A stretch of DNA of 64,000 nt from Phoronis australis (taxonomy: Eukaryota; Animalia; Phoronida). Shown piece by piece: positions 62,477-64,000 of this stretch. The stretch lies in the NCBI GenBank assembly GCA_002633005.1, contig NMRA01000042.1:584990-648989 (forward strand), in the 5' to 3' direction. A program made the position numbers and the translations under genes. The notes below the pieces were generated by a model, which was given only the letters and a program-made list of their open reading frames with translations, ran no database searches and was not told where the DNA came from. Within the stretch, counting starts at the first letter, position 1. Each line of letters opens with the position of its first letter.

Positions 62477-62775
62477 GGACGTGGTTCGTTTTGTTGAAGA
62501 ATAAGTTGCGGGCTCGGGTCAGATGCATGGTTATTGATTTATGCATCAGAAGTGCGTAGTAAATGGTGTGTCTGTATTGTCTATACCACGAGAGACAATT
62601 CGGCAGTTGTTAGCTGTCATTGGTCCCTCTGCTGTTGAAGCTAAACGGTGTGAACGGACAGTTCGTGGGAGGTATGGTGCCCGCAGTCCGAATATCGTTT
62701 GGCATATGGACTCTTACGACAAGCAAAAGCTATATGGGATTTGTGTCAATGGCTGTATAGATGATTATTCAAGGG
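62477..62775 (+). pseudogene. IS3EU-like transposase, integrase-core fragment
   Basis: DVVRFVEE*VAGSGQMHGY*FMHQKC...RETIRQLL...SPNIVWHMDSYDKQKLYGICVNGCIDDYSR. Confidence 0.8.
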
Positions 62776-63340
62776 AATCTCTTTTCGTTGGCTGGACTAC
62801 TCTCATGACCATTTCCTATCACCAGAACATTTTAATTTAATTCTAATCTGCCTATTGTCAGTTATTCATTGTACTTATCTCATTCTCCCTTGAGGCATTA
62901 TCATAAATACATGTAATTGCTCATGATGAATTCAAATAGTTATTTTCAATGCTACACTGTTTGTTTAAACATACAATTTTCATACCAGATGTGGATGTTT
63001 CCAGTGAAATGTCAATAGTATTGATTCGATGTTTATTTACAAAAATATAACTCTTAAATTCCGTACCACCATGTCACTCAATAACAAGTCTCATACACAG
63101 TGTAAATTATCAATGATGTGGTACTGGGAGCTGCACACAACCTGATTGCACCTGTGATAAATAGGCAGCTAAAACATGGAACTTCGAAGCAATGGTCTGC
63201 ACACCTTCAAAAATAGAAGCTATTGTCCAAAGGTCTGACCTTCTAAGGTGGTGAATATTGACTCTTAAAAAACAATAGTTACCGCCCCACTCTGTATGTA
63301 CTTTGAACTGGAAAATCTGCATATGTATATACATGCTCCG

Positions 63341-63420
63341 ACCCGTATTGTAATCTGGCCCGTATTGGAATGACGTCATCATTCCAATACGGGAAGTAGT
63401 TTCTGGCCCGTATTGGAATA
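63341..63420. repeat. Direct and inverted cccgtattggaat repeats forming a 15-bp hairpin
   Basis: cccgtattggaatga (63359-63373) / tcattccaatacggg (63379-63393) overlapping TGACGTCA. Confidence 0.8.
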
Positions 63421-64000
63421 AGCGGTCGTTGTCGTTTTGTTGCTCTTGGTGTGTTGAAGTGTGCAGGATTTCTTGTGTTAAATTCGTGAGATATAAATTA
63501 TAAGGTATTTTTAACCAGAATTGTGTTGGGTTTAATTAGGGATTCTTTTCTACAGATTTTTATTCTGTTTCTTAGTGTTATGTTGTAATAATTGAAAAAG
63601 GGTCGGCTAAACAGACACACAGGTTCGGGCCTATTAACACGGTGCAAGAGCAAAGTCTGGAGAATACTCACATTGCGTCGGCACAGGACGGCAGCGAACT
63701 CCAGAAGGCCCAGACGATCTTGTCACGTGGTCTTGATAGGTGACTCGTCACGTGGTAGGAGTGTGACCTCGGCTGCGCTCTTCTGGCGTTAGATGTCGCA
63801 CCAGGCCAAGACCAACATTGTCACGAAAAGGACATCACAACATAGAGACGCCATTTCAATTTAGCCGGTGGAGCGTGAGACCCCTGAGGTCCCAATCGAG
63901 TCCTCACGACAACTTCGCGTTATGAGCTTGGCTGAGGCCCGCCTAAGTGCTACGCCCGGGCCTGCCTGCGCCGCCTCCGGCAGCTTGGCTGAGGCCCGCC

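Overview
Eukaryotic, AT-rich, intron- and repeat-rich animal DNA; the repeat content suggests a marine invertebrate such as a mollusc (inference only). The left 36 kb holds a complete PAN2 gene (catalytic subunit of the PAN2-PAN3 poly(A) deadenylase) on the + strand. I reconstructed it by hand as 25 GT-AG coding exons (3481-35963, 3732 nt, 1243 aa: WD40, pseudo-UCH, DEDD exonuclease). Its unusual features are a frame-required exon encoding a Nab2/ZC3H14-type CCCH zinc finger inside the UCH domain, a duplicated exon 8 (probably uncollapsed haplotypes), a minisatellite that has copied a splice donor about 13 times, and three 9-bp-TSD DNA-transposon insertions in the promoter region. A two-exon secreted mucin-like gene with a C-terminal PAN/apple-like module lies convergently on the - strand (38961-36491). 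The remaining ~25 kb has no intact host gene. It contains MITEs, SINE/LINE fragments, three decayed THAP domains, Harbinger remnants, and an IS3EU-like transposase split by an Academ-like insertion and a Kolobok element. Two repeat families stand out: a LINE 3' end with a covarying three-way-junction RNA fold and T-rich tail, and a divergent repeat-spacer-repeat family of ~700-750 bp. All coordinates were counted by eye and no database search was run.
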